Shown one piece after another: positions 54,094 through 63,500 of a stretch of DNA of 64,000 nt. Source of the stretch: Candidatus Micrarchaeota archaeon. Its GTDB lineage: Archaea > Micrarchaeota > Micrarchaeia > Norongarragalinales > SBBD01. The stretch spans positions 32,001-96,000 of the forward strand of contig JAHJQN010000001.1 in NCBI GenBank assembly GCA_018819225.1, read 5' to 3'. How positions within the stretch are numbered: the first letter of the stretch is position 1; each line of letters opens with the position of its first letter. The translations under genes were made by a program, and so were the position numbers. The notes under the pieces are model-generated. The model saw nothing but the letters and a program-made list of their open reading frames with translations, was not told the origin of the DNA and searched no databases.

Positions 54094-54858
54094 ATGTTCG
54101 AGCCGTTCGCGCTCTTCATTGGATTGCTCGCGGGCCTCACTTCAGCGCTATTCGGAATCGGCGGAGCCGTCATCGCCATACCCTTATTGTACTTGGGGCT
54201 GGGATTCACCGCGCAAACCGCAGTCGGAACCGCGATTTTTCTTGTTGTATTGAACTCGGCAATCGGAGCCTATAAGTACAATAAGCGCGGGCTCGTGAAC
54301 AAGAAGTTTGCTTTAACGGCCGGAGTTACCGGTATCTTGTTCGCGATTGCTGGAGCGTGGTTGACTGCAGGAGTCAAGCAAAGCCTCGTGGTGTACGCGG
54401 TCGCATTCGTTACCATGGCGTTCGCGGGACTCTCTTTTTACGGGGAACAAATCAAGAAAATGAAGTGGACGAATAAAGTGCGCGAGAAAAAGCGTTGGGC
54501 TTCCATGCTCGGAGCGTTCGTGGGGCTCGTGAATGGATTCACGGGAATTGGAGGAGGCGCGGCATTAACCTCGTTGCTGGGATCCGTGTTTGGTTTGAGC
54601 GTGCACGCCGCAGTAGCGACTTCATTGGCAACCATACTCTTTTTCTCGATTCCAAGTGCATTAACGCATTATTCGTTGGGGCATACGAATGTTTCGGTAC
54701 TCTTACCGCTACTGGTAGGCGCAGTCATTGGATCCACCATCGGAGTGCGCGTGGCAATGGCTTTGAAAGACAATAAGCTGAGGGCGTATACTTCGATATT
54801 CTTCTTCTTGATCGGGTTGTGGCTCGCCGTATCGGAGTACTTGAAAATGAGCGGTTGA
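54094..54858 (+). CDS. TauE/SafE (TSUP) family transporter
   Basis: Duplicated GIGG motifs, AVGT/AVATS, about 8 TM helices. Confidence 0.9.
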   Translation: MFEPFALFIGLLAGLTSALFGIGGAVIAIPLLYLGLGFTAQTAVGTAIFLVVLNSAIGAYKYNKRGLVNKKFALTAGVTGILFAIAGAWLTAGVKQSLVVYAVAFVTMAFAGLSFYGEQIKKMKWTNKVREKKRWASMLGAFVGLVNGFTGIGGGAALTSLLGSVFGLSVHAAVATSLATILFFSIPSALTHYSLGHTNVSVLLPLLVGAVIGSTIGVRVAMALKDNKLRAYTSIFFFLIGLWLAVSEYLKMSG

Positions 54859-54872
54859 AAAAATAAGAAGAT

Positions 54873-54894
54873 AGGCCGGAAAAATGCCCGGCCT
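54873..54894. terminator. Hairpin between convergent genes
   Basis: AGGCCGG/CCGGCCT stem, followed by a U-rich tract on the minus strand. Confidence 0.4.
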
Positions 54895-54927
54895 CGAACC
54901 AGAAAAAAAGCGCTTAAAGTGAATCCT

Positions 54928-55071
54928 TTAAGCTTTACCGATGATCTTGAACATGGAAGTTCCGCACGTGGCGCACTTGCCTTTCATGGCCTTCATGCCG
55001 TTCTTCATGATGACTTCCTTCGTGTCCTTCATGTCGCGATCCGTTTTACATTTCATGCAGCGTCCTTTCAT
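54928..55071 (-). CDS. DUF5679-type small basic zinc-ribbon protein (Cren7-like fold), 47 aa; below the ORF-track cutoff
   Basis: MKGRCMKCKTDRDMKDTKEVIMKNGMKAMKGKCATCGTSMFKIIGKA; GAGGTGA SD and TTTATA-like element upstream. Confidence 0.85.
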   Translation of the reverse strand: MKGRCMKCKTDRDMKDTKEVIMKNGMKAMKGKCATCGTSMFKIIGKA

Positions 55072-55212
55072 AACATCTCACCTCTAGCTATAAGCGTCAG
55101 AAATCCTAAGCGCTATGGGTTTATAAAATCCTTCGATGGATTGCTGCTGAACCCGAAATGAAAAAGTGTTATTAAAATGAGGGGTCCTCTCTTCTCTGTT
55201 TCAAGGGGGATA

Positions 55213-56838
55213 ATGATCGTGGAATCGTTTACGAAAGAAGAACAAGAACGTCTTTCACCGTTTGTTACTAATCTGGACCAGCCCGTATTCGGCTTGCGCA
55301 ATTTGCCGGAAGTCGTGATGGGCGCGTTGTTTTCGCGATATAGCCGGAGCACGAAGAGCTTGCGAAGAATGCTGCTGGAAGAGTTCATGAAGAACAAGGA
55401 ATCCGGATTTCAGGAGATCGTGGGAACGCCTTCAGGAAACAGCGCGGATCAGATGGTGGCCGTCAAGAAAGCCGAGGATTTCTACGAACGCGTGCTCGTG
55501 GGATACGGAGATGATTCCGTGGCCGAGTTGGGGGGCGCCCACATGGCCATTGAAGGGATATCGAACATCGCCACCAAGTTTATCGAGGATGCGCGCATCG
55601 GCATTTCGCCGCTGGAAAAGAGCACGCGATACGTATTCTTTCACGAAAAAGAGAATGGGAAGTATACGTATTATCGCGAACTCGCGATCATGAAAAGCGC
55701 TCATGCGGCATTGTACGAAAAAACGTGCGACCATCTGTTTGACACGTATACGCGATTGATTGAACCCCTTTCCGCGTTTCTGGAAAAGAAATACCCGAAA
55801 GAGGAAGGAACCAGCGAACGGGCGTATCGAGCGACCTTAAACGCGAAAACGTGTGATGGGCTACGGGGGTTATTGCCGGCGAGTACGAAGACGAACGTGG
55901 GCTTGTACGGGAACGGAAGAGCATTCGAGTATTTGTTGAGCAAGATGTACGCATCGGATTTGCAGGAAGTGCGGATGACGGCTAAACAAATGGAGGAGGA
56001 GCTGAAAAAACTGATTCCCGCTTTCGTGAAAAGAGCGAACAACGCGCACGGAAAGGCCTTGCAGACCTTCCTGAAGAATACAAGGGAAGGGTTGAGGAAG
56101 GAGCGCATGGAGTACAGCGAGCGTGGAATAGAGGAGGAAGTGACGCTCGTGGATTGGGACGAACAGTTGGAGGAAAAGCTGATCGCTGCAGCGTTATACC
56201 CGCATTCCGAAGTCTCTTTGAAGGAAATTCGGGAGCGCGTGAAGAAAATGAGCGCGGAAGAGAAGGCGCGGGTTCTGGAAATGAGTTGGAGCCATCGCAC
56301 GAACCGGAGGCACAAGCCGGGAAGAGCGTTTGAAAACGCGTTTTACACGTTTGACGTGCTCGGAAACTACGGGATTTACCGCGATCTGCACCGGCATCGC
56401 GTGCTCACGCAAGAGCGACAATTGCTTTCGACAAGGCATGGATTCGACGTGCCCACGGAATTGAAGGAAGCGGAATTGGAGGAACCGTTCGTGGTCGCAT
56501 TAGGGCAGGCAGCGGAAGCGTACGAAAAAATGCGAGGCGAATTACCGGATGAAGCGCAGTACGCGGTTCCCCTCGCGTACAAACTTCGTTGGTACATCAC
56601 AATGAATGCGCGTGAAGCCGTTCATTTTCTGGAGCTTCGAACGCAACCGCAAGGCCATGCCGACTACCGGAGAGTCGCGCGGAAGATGTTTGAAGCCATT
56701 CAGCGCGTGCACCCCGCCGTGACCCAAGCCATGCCGTTCATTGATTTGAAGGAAACGCGTTTAGAGCGCTTGGATGCGGAAAAGCGCACGGATAAAAAGC
56801 GGGAAGCCCTTGAACGCAAGTACGCGAATCACCGGTGA
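55213..56838 (+). CDS. thyX: FAD-dependent thymidylate synthase, double-domain form
   Basis: LEKSTRY and GLLPAS..TN in domain 1; RDLHRHR and ELRT..QGH.DYR in domain 2. Confidence 0.92.
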   Translation: MIVESFTKEEQERLSPFVTNLDQPVFGLRNLPEVVMGALFSRYSRSTKSLRRMLLEEFMKNKESGFQEIVGTPSGNSADQMVAVKKAEDFYERVLVGYGDDSVAELGGAHMAIEGISNIATKFIEDARIGISPLEKSTRYVFFHEKENGKYTYYRELAIMKSAHAALYEKTCDHLFDTYTRLIEPLSAFLEKKYPKEEGTSERAYRATLNAKTCDGLRGLLPASTKTNVGLYGNGRAFEYLLSKMYASDLQEVRMTAKQMEEELKKLIPAFVKRANNAHGKALQTFLKNTREGLRKERMEYSERGIEEEVTLVDWDEQLEEKLIAAALYPHSEVSLKEIRERVKKMSAEEKARVLEMSWSHRTNRRHKPGRAFENAFYTFDVLGNYGIYRDLHRHRVLTQERQLLSTRHGFDVPTELKEAELEEPFVVALGQAAEAYEKMRGELPDEAQYAVPLAYKLRWYITMNAREAVHFLELRTQPQGHADYRRVARKMFEAIQRVHPAVTQAMPFIDLKETRLERLDAEKRTDKKREALERKYANHR

Positions 56839-56844
56839 AACGAA

Positions 56845-57510
56845 TTGGCGGAAACGAAGGATGAAAAAAAGAAAGCGGACGCGCCCGCTCCCGCAGCAGC
56901 GCCTTCCACTCCAGCGCAGGACGAGAAAAAGAAATATTCGTTGCGGCAAATCACGGCAGTGGCCATGGCCCTCGTCGTATTGATCGTGGGAGGGTATTTC
57001 GGCCTGGACCTGATGGGGTGGCTGCCGAAATCGGGTCCGGATTACCACGCGCATGCGGACTTCAAGGTCTACATCATGGGGAAACCGTTCAATTTCTCGC
57101 AAGACAAGTATATGACGAAGGAAGCATGCGGGCCGGAATCGGGAGCGCATGCGCATCTGCATGATGGAAACGGGGAAGTGGCGCACGTGCACGAGGAGGG
57201 AATCACGTGGGGCGATTTTTTCTGGAGTCTCGGAATGAAGTTGAACGTGACGTGTTTTATTTTGGACACGGAAGAGACGTATTGCGACGATAGGAAAAAC
57301 ACGCTGAAGTTTTACGTGAACGGGAAGAAGAACTTCGAGTTCGAGAAGAAAGAGATCTGGGATTTGGATCGCGTGCTCATCAGTTACGGTCCGGAAACCC
57401 CGGAAGAGATTTTGTGGCAGTTCGGAACGGTTTCGAACAACGCGTGCGCGTACTCGGAAAAGTGTCTGGAGCGCAAGATTCCGATTTCCCCGGATCACGA
57501 TTGCACGTGA
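56845..57510 (+). CDS. Membrane-anchored His-motif protein (putative metal binder)
   Basis: TM, then HAHADF, HAHLHD, HVH, T.GDFF, YVNG, DRVLISYG. Confidence 0.7.
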   Translation: MAETKDEKKKADAPAPAAAPSTPAQDEKKKYSLRQITAVAMALVVLIVGGYFGLDLMGWLPKSGPDYHAHADFKVYIMGKPFNFSQDKYMTKEACGPESGAHAHLHDGNGEVAHVHEEGITWGDFFWSLGMKLNVTCFILDTEETYCDDRKNTLKFYVNGKKNFEFEKKEIWDLDRVLISYGPETPEEILWQFGTVSNNACAYSEKCLERKIPISPDHDCT

Positions 57511-57515
57511 AGAGG

Positions 57516-58751
57516 TCAGAATATGCTGCTGCGCGAGCCTACGAGCGAAATCAAGAGCGCCGTAAAGATGAATGACGGGGGAACGATGAGCACGGATGCG
57601 CCGACATAAATGAAAGCGGCTACAACGCCTTCCGCCCAACTGAACTTGTTTCCGACAATGAACAGCTCGGCGAAGAAACCGATGGCCGCAACCAGCAATA
57701 ATAGGATGAAGAAGACGTTGTTGGGACCGTAACTCAGGAAACGGCTGTTATCCAGAAGAACAAAAAGAATGACCAGCAGATTGACGATAATGGCGAGAAT
57801 AACCGCGCCGATGAAACCCGAAACGGCGACGCGCATAAAATTGAATTCTTCCTTCTTTTTGGATGGCGTAAACCACGAGAACGAGCTCATGAACGAAGTG
57901 ATGGATGGAAGAACGAATTGCTTGCCCGCATAAAGAAGGAGGACAATGACGATCAGCGAAAGAAGGATTTCCGTTAAATAGAGCCGCCACGACTCGGTGG
58001 CGTACGATCCGGATACGTGAAATACTTCATGCGCCTCCAGATTCCGTTTATCGCGCACCAATCCGCTTGCGGTTCGAACGCGTTGGGCGATGGAAGCGAT
58101 TTCCGAACGCTGGCGGTCATATTCGGGAGACGCCCACGCATCCTTTGAAATGGATTGAACGCCGGATGCCTCGAGCGCCCCAAACGTGGTCTGGTAATCC
58201 GTGCGCACCTCCCCGCCTTTCAAGTGCAAGTTAGAGTCTACTGAAATCGCTACTCGAGAATAGGAAATGTCAAAAGGCAAATCAATGGTTCGAAAATCAT
58301 AATCATAGGCGAAGGGGGTCTGGGAAACATAGCCTGCCGCGCGATAATATATTATAACAGTGGAGGCGGACTGTTGGAGTACGGGAACGTCGAGTTTAAT
58401 GCGGTATACGTTGCGGGTTACGGGCTTGACATCGAGAATATTGGGATTCGTGGGAGAAAAAAGTTGGAGCGCATATTTCAGGTCCACATCCGCGTCCGGA
58501 AACGTAACCGTAAATTCGGTGAGGGGTTCTGAGGCGAGGTTGCGCAAGTCAATGGTGGCTAACGTGAATGCGCGCCCACCTTCGTCTAAAAACACTTGGT
58601 AGTAAGCGGCTTGTTGGAATCCGCCGGAAGAAGAAGGTTCACGAGGCATCGCAATGGCCATGTCCACTCCCACTTGAGCGGAAAGGAAGGGAGAAAAAAT
58701 AATAAACAGGAATGCGAACGCAACAAATTTGGAGATGTCCAAGGGTATCAC
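57516..58751 (-). CDS. Membrane protein with extracellular beta domain and about 4 C-terminal TMs
   Basis: Signal peptide, beta-rich ectodomain, hydrophobic C-terminus. Confidence 0.7.
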   Translation of the reverse strand: MIPLDISKFVAFAFLFIIFSPFLSAQVGVDMAIAMPREPSSSGGFQQAAYYQVFLDEGGRAFTLATIDLRNLASEPLTEFTVTFPDADVDLKYALQLFSPTNPNILDVKPVTRNVYRIKLDVPVLQQSASTVIIYYRAAGYVSQTPFAYDYDFRTIDLPFDISYSRVAISVDSNLHLKGGEVRTDYQTTFGALEASGVQSISKDAWASPEYDRQRSEIASIAQRVRTASGLVRDKRNLEAHEVFHVSGSYATESWRLYLTEILLSLIVIVLLLYAGKQFVLPSITSFMSSFSWFTPSKKKEEFNFMRVAVSGFIGAVILAIIVNLLVILFVLLDNSRFLSYGPNNVFFILLLLVAAIGFFAELFIVGNKFSWAEGVVAAFIYVGASVLIVPPSFIFTALLISLVGSRSSIF

Positions 58752-58818
58752 CTTACGGGAACCAATAGTTGAATCCTATAATAAACCGCCGGATTTGCTT
58801 AAGCGCAAGAACGGGAAG

Positions 58819-59988
58819 CTACCAGCCGTACTTGCTGGCGCGCGAGTACTGGAACGCTTTTAATGCGTCCAACGCGCCTTTGGCGAGCAACGCCGGTTTT
58901 TTAGTGAGTAATCCGAGCCCAACGCCCGCCTTCCCCGTCAGACCCATATTCGTTAAATCGCTGGGTAGCAAGGACGCGAGGTCGTTGAGTTCCGATTCGG
59001 ATAACGCGTACAAATCGTTTTTGCCCTTGATGAGTTTGGCATAATCGGGAAACTCGGCTTTCCAGAGTTGTTCATATTTCGAGAGTTTGGAAGCAGTAAC
59101 GTCGTTGGAATCAATGGCTTCTTTAGCCACTTGAGCGGCAAATTGGCCGGACTGCATGCCCAAATGCGAGCCCCCTTCAAATAAAGGGGACGTAAAGCCG
59201 GCGGCGTCGCCGACGAGCATGAGGCCATCCGCAACCGTATGCGGCACTGGCCCGGAAGCGGGAATTAAGCCTCCGAAGGTTTTCACGCGCGGCTTGTTCT
59301 CCCAACCCATTTTCTTGAGAAAGAGGTCGAGAAAGACTTTGGCTTTGCTTTTCTGGTTGGTGACTAAACCCACGTTCGCCCGACCGTCTTTTTTCGGGAT
59401 CATCCACAAGTATCCATGCGGGGCAAGCTCGGGCCAAATGAAGAAATCAATGTAACCTTCATTCGGGATCTCGCGTAGCTCGTGTTGCATGCCGATCACG
59501 TCGCTGAAGCGAGGATTCAATTTCAACTTGAGGGACGCAATGGCAGAGACTCCCGAGGCATCCACCAACAACTTGGATTGCACTTCCCTCGAAGGGGTTT
59601 TCAGTTTCCAAATGCCGTTTCGCTGGAATTCCGTCACTTTACTGGAGAGCGATATCTCGGCGCCCGCTTCCTGAGCTTGGGATGCCAGCCATTGCTCAAA
59701 CAAGTGCTTCTCGAGCACGTAGCCGGGTTCGTTGAGTATCGGGGAATAACCGGACGGGAAGATGACGCGGATGCCTTTCACGCGCAATCCGATGGAAGGC
59801 CCGGGAAGCTGTTTGAAAAACTTGTCGACTGCGAGTCCCGAGAGACATTCTCCGCAATGCACGGGCTCGCCAACGGAGGCGTGTTCCTCGAGCACGACGG
59901 TTTTGAGACCCAGTTTAGCGGCATGTAACGCCGTGGAGCCTCCCGCGGGTCCGGCACCCACAATAGCAAGATCGTACGTATCCATCAT
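58819..59988 (-). CDS. Geranylgeranyl reductase family FAD oxidoreductase
   Basis: VGAGPAG, PVHCGE, GYLWMIPK, NVGL, VGDAAG..SPLFEGG. Confidence 0.9.
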   Translation of the reverse strand: MMDTYDLAIVGAGPAGGSTALHAAKLGLKTVVLEEHASVGEPVHCGECLSGLAVDKFFKQLPGPSIGLRVKGIRVIFPSGYSPILNEPGYVLEKHLFEQWLASQAQEAGAEISLSSKVTEFQRNGIWKLKTPSREVQSKLLVDASGVSAIASLKLKLNPRFSDVIGMQHELREIPNEGYIDFFIWPELAPHGYLWMIPKKDGRANVGLVTNQKSKAKVFLDLFLKKMGWENKPRVKTFGGLIPASGPVPHTVADGLMLVGDAAGFTSPLFEGGSHLGMQSGQFAAQVAKEAIDSNDVTASKLSKYEQLWKAEFPDYAKLIKGKNDLYALSESELNDLASLLPSDLTNMGLTGKAGVGLGLLTKKPALLAKGALDALKAFQYSRASKYGW

Positions 59989-60001
59989 GTATTTCCCTCG
60001 T

Positions 60002-60322
60002 TCAGCGCATGCGGCTTTCCAGGTATTTTCCGGCAAATATGGTTATGACGTATAATACGACGCCGATGCCAGCAAATGCAAAAAATACCGTGAACATCTT
60101 AGATATATCCGTACTCGGAATTAAATCGCCGTAGCCCACGGTCGTCAGGGTCATGGCGGCAAAATAGAACGAATCCACGTAATTCCAGCCTTCGTATATG
60201 TGATAGAAGAGGGTGCCAAGCAGCAATAAGCCGCCCACGGACGAGAGACCGACAAATAAGCCGAGATCCCGGTCCCGGGAGTTCGTATGGTGAGATTTGG
60301 GTTTTCGAATGGCGGCTTCCAT
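60002..60322 (-). CDS. Two-TM potassium channel (KcsA-like)
   Basis: DSFYF..MTLTTVGYGDL.P selectivity filter. Confidence 0.92.
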   Translation of the reverse strand: MEAAIRKPKSHHTNSRDRDLGLFVGLSSVGGLLLLGTLFYHIYEGWNYVDSFYFAAMTLTTVGYGDLIPSTDISKMFTVFFAFAGIGVVLYVITIFAGKYLESRMR

Positions 60323-60533
60323 AAGACTAACGACAAGTCTTTGCAAGGAACGGGTTAAAAAATTCTCGCTTGAAGGGAAAAAAGGAGGCGACGGATTTAA
60401 AAATTCTCACGGCGTATTGAGCCACCCCATGAACGCGGAATTTCTGAATCAGGATGGGCAGAAACCCGCGAAACAGCAATGTTTATATAGGGAATCAGGA
60501 TATAGCATGGGTTGTGGTATTTAACGCACATAA

Positions 60534-60549
60534 CTACCATATCTAGTAT
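60534..60549. promoter_or_regulatory. Possible NrdR-box-like operator upstream of the ribonucleotide reductase
   Basis: CTACCATATCTAGTAT resembles acaCwAtATaTwGtgt; it lies between TTTATATA (60482-60489) and the GGAGGTGA SD. Confidence 0.35.
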
Positions 60550-60569
60550 GTCCAGAGGAGGTGAATGGA

Positions 60570-63500
60570 ATGAAACAGCCGACCGCGAGAGCTCAGACTC
60601 TTTCAGCTAACGAACCCGTTTTCCAGCGATATTTCACGGAAAAAGGCCTGAATCCCTTTGATGCCATTGAATGGGAAAAACGGAATGCCACGATCTCGGA
60701 TGCCCGAGGCAACGTCATCTTCAATCAAGATCAGGTGGAGATCCCGAAGGCGTGGAGCCAAACCGCTTGCAACATCGCCGTATCGAAATACTTCCGCGGG
60801 AGATTAGGAACCCCGGAACGCGAAACCAGTGCAAGAGACATGGTCGGGAGGGTCGCGCAAACCATTGCCGGCTGGGGGAGCAACAACGGATATTTCAGGA
60901 GTACGGAAGAAGCGGAGACCTTTGAGCACGAGCTGGCTTACTTGTTAGTCAACCAATACGCCGCGTTCAACTCGCCGGTATGGTTTAATGTCGGAGTGGA
61001 AAAGAAGCCCCAGTGCAGCGCGTGCCAGCCATATAACGCCTTGGTGAATACGGTGCGCGGTTTCGTTCCCATTGGAGAAATCGTGGAAAAAAACGAGATT
61101 GGATTGCCTGTTTTTGACGGGGAAGGCTTGACCCAAGTCGTTGCCGTAAAAAATAACGGACGCAAACCCGTATACCGCATTCGGCTCAACGATGGATTTT
61201 TCATTGAAGCGACCGGTGACCACGTGGTGTGCGCTCACGCGGTGCGCCGAACGCAGTCCATGGAATGGAAGCGCGTGGACCAATTAAAGGCAGGCATGCA
61301 TATGCGGGTTTACCCCCGTGCGACCGCCGTTTCTCTTCCCGCGACGGAGAGGCAGGTGGCCGAAGCGGCCTTGGCGGGGTGGCTGCAGGCCGATGGATTC
61401 GTTGGGCAATACGAAACAGGCACCAATCAATCCCTAACCCTGGAATTCATGACCGTCAATTCATCGGAATACCGATGGATCGTTACGCATTTGGATACCG
61501 TATTTCCCAACATTCACCGAAAGACACGCGAGTTCAAGACCAAGAACGAGCAGTTGGAAGGAAAGCGAATTCGCCTTTACGGTGAAGCATTGAGGCCCTT
61601 CGCAGAGAAATACGAGTTGTTGAAACGCGGGCACGCCATGCGCGCTCCTTCCATCATGTGGACGGCACCCAAGGAAGCGGTGGCCGCTTACCTCAAAAGC
61701 ATTTTCCAGTCGGAAGGATACGCCACGATGCATGGGAAAAGTGCACACCTCGCAATTTCCATGATTTCTCAACAGCTCGTGGAAGACGCGCAGCTGCTCT
61801 TAACGAGACTCGGCGTTTATTCGAGAGTACGAAAGAAACTGGAAGCGAGACCGGATCGAAGGAATTTGTTTGAACTCGACATCAGCGTGCACAGCGAGAG
61901 AGAAAAATTCCTTCAAGAAGTCGGCTTCGTGGATTCGCACAAGAATGGATTGTTGTCACAAAGCGTCATGTTACAAGGAACGGATTGCCCCGATATCAGG
62001 TACTCGGAAATCGTTTCCATCGAACCCTTGGGGGAAATGGAAGTATACGATATCCAGACACAAAGCGGCCGATATCTTTCCAACTCGGCACTGGTCCACA
62101 ACTGCTTCATCAATTCCGTTAAAGACGATATGCGGTCCATTCTGCAGCTCGCGGTTACCGAAGGCATGCTATTCAAGTACGGTTCTGGGACCGGCACCAA
62201 CTTGTCCGTACTCCGGTCCTCCAGAGAACACTTGTCATTTTCATCGGGTAAAGCCTCGGGCCCCGTGTCGTTCATGAAAGGATTTGATACGTTTGCGGGA
62301 GTCATTCGCAGCGGGGGGAAAACGAGGCGGGCCGCCAAAATGGTTATTTTGAACGTGGATCACCCGGACATCGCGGAATTCATCAACAGCAAACCCGCCG
62401 AGGAGAAGAAGGCGTGGGTGCTCATGGACGCGGGATACGACGGAGCCGTAGACGGAGAGGCGTATGGATCCGTGTTCTTCCAGAACGCGAACCATTCCGT
62501 TCGCGCAACGGATGCGTTCATGCATGCCGTCGTGGAAGACAAGGAATGGGTGACGAAAGCGGTCACGAACGGAAAACCCATGGACACGTACAAGGCGAGG
62601 GAAGTGATGCGCATGATCTCGGAGGCCACGTACGTCTGCGGGGACCCGGGCATGCAATTCGATACGACGATTAATCGATGGCATACGTGCAAGAATTCCG
62701 AACGCATTAATGCGAGTAATCCGTGTGTTACCGGAGATACGAAGGTGCTCACTCGCGATGGAAGATGGAAGCGAATCGATCAACTTGTCGGCGAGGAAAC
62801 CGAGCTAATCACGAATGTAGGCGAGTTGGCATCCGGTTATACGAAAGGATCGTTTAAAACCGGGACGAAACCCGTGTATAAATTGGAAACGCGATCGGGA
62901 TACGAAGTGCAATTGACGGGAGATCACAAAGTGTATACGGCGAATCGGAGTTTCGTACCTGCAGCCGAATTATCGAAGGATGACGTGCTTTGCCTTCCAT
63001 CACACGAAGTCTCCCAAATAAACGAAATTCCGGAAGAGGAAGCGCGGTTCCATCAACTCATCGGACTCTATATGGGGGATGGATGCGGATCGGGAAATAC
63101 GGTTCAATTAACGATGGACAAGGAACGGGATACGGAAGTACTGGAGACGATGGCGGAATACGTTACACATCATTTTGTGAAACAGACGCATACGACGCAA
63201 GCGATTCAAGTTCAGAAGACGGCTACGAGTGCGAAACTGAATATTGTTTCTCATAGTGCGGTCGGACGCATTTCGAAATACGTGGATTTGACTCAAGAAT
63301 CCCATGAAAAGACGATTTCGCAAGCGGTTTTCGGGCTTTCCTTGAGTGAAGCGAGGTACGTACTCCAAGGATTGTTTACAGCGGATGGAACCGTAGCGAA
63401 TTATGGAGACAAATCGCAATACGTTGCCTTGGATTCGACGAGCCTACAATTGCTTAAGGATGTTCAAGTCCTTCTGACGGGCTTCGGCATTAAAAGCAAG

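Noticed and set aside
54919-55161. 80-aa plus-strand ORF
   Set aside because: Antisense to the better supported 47-aa zinc-ribbon gene at 54928-55071.
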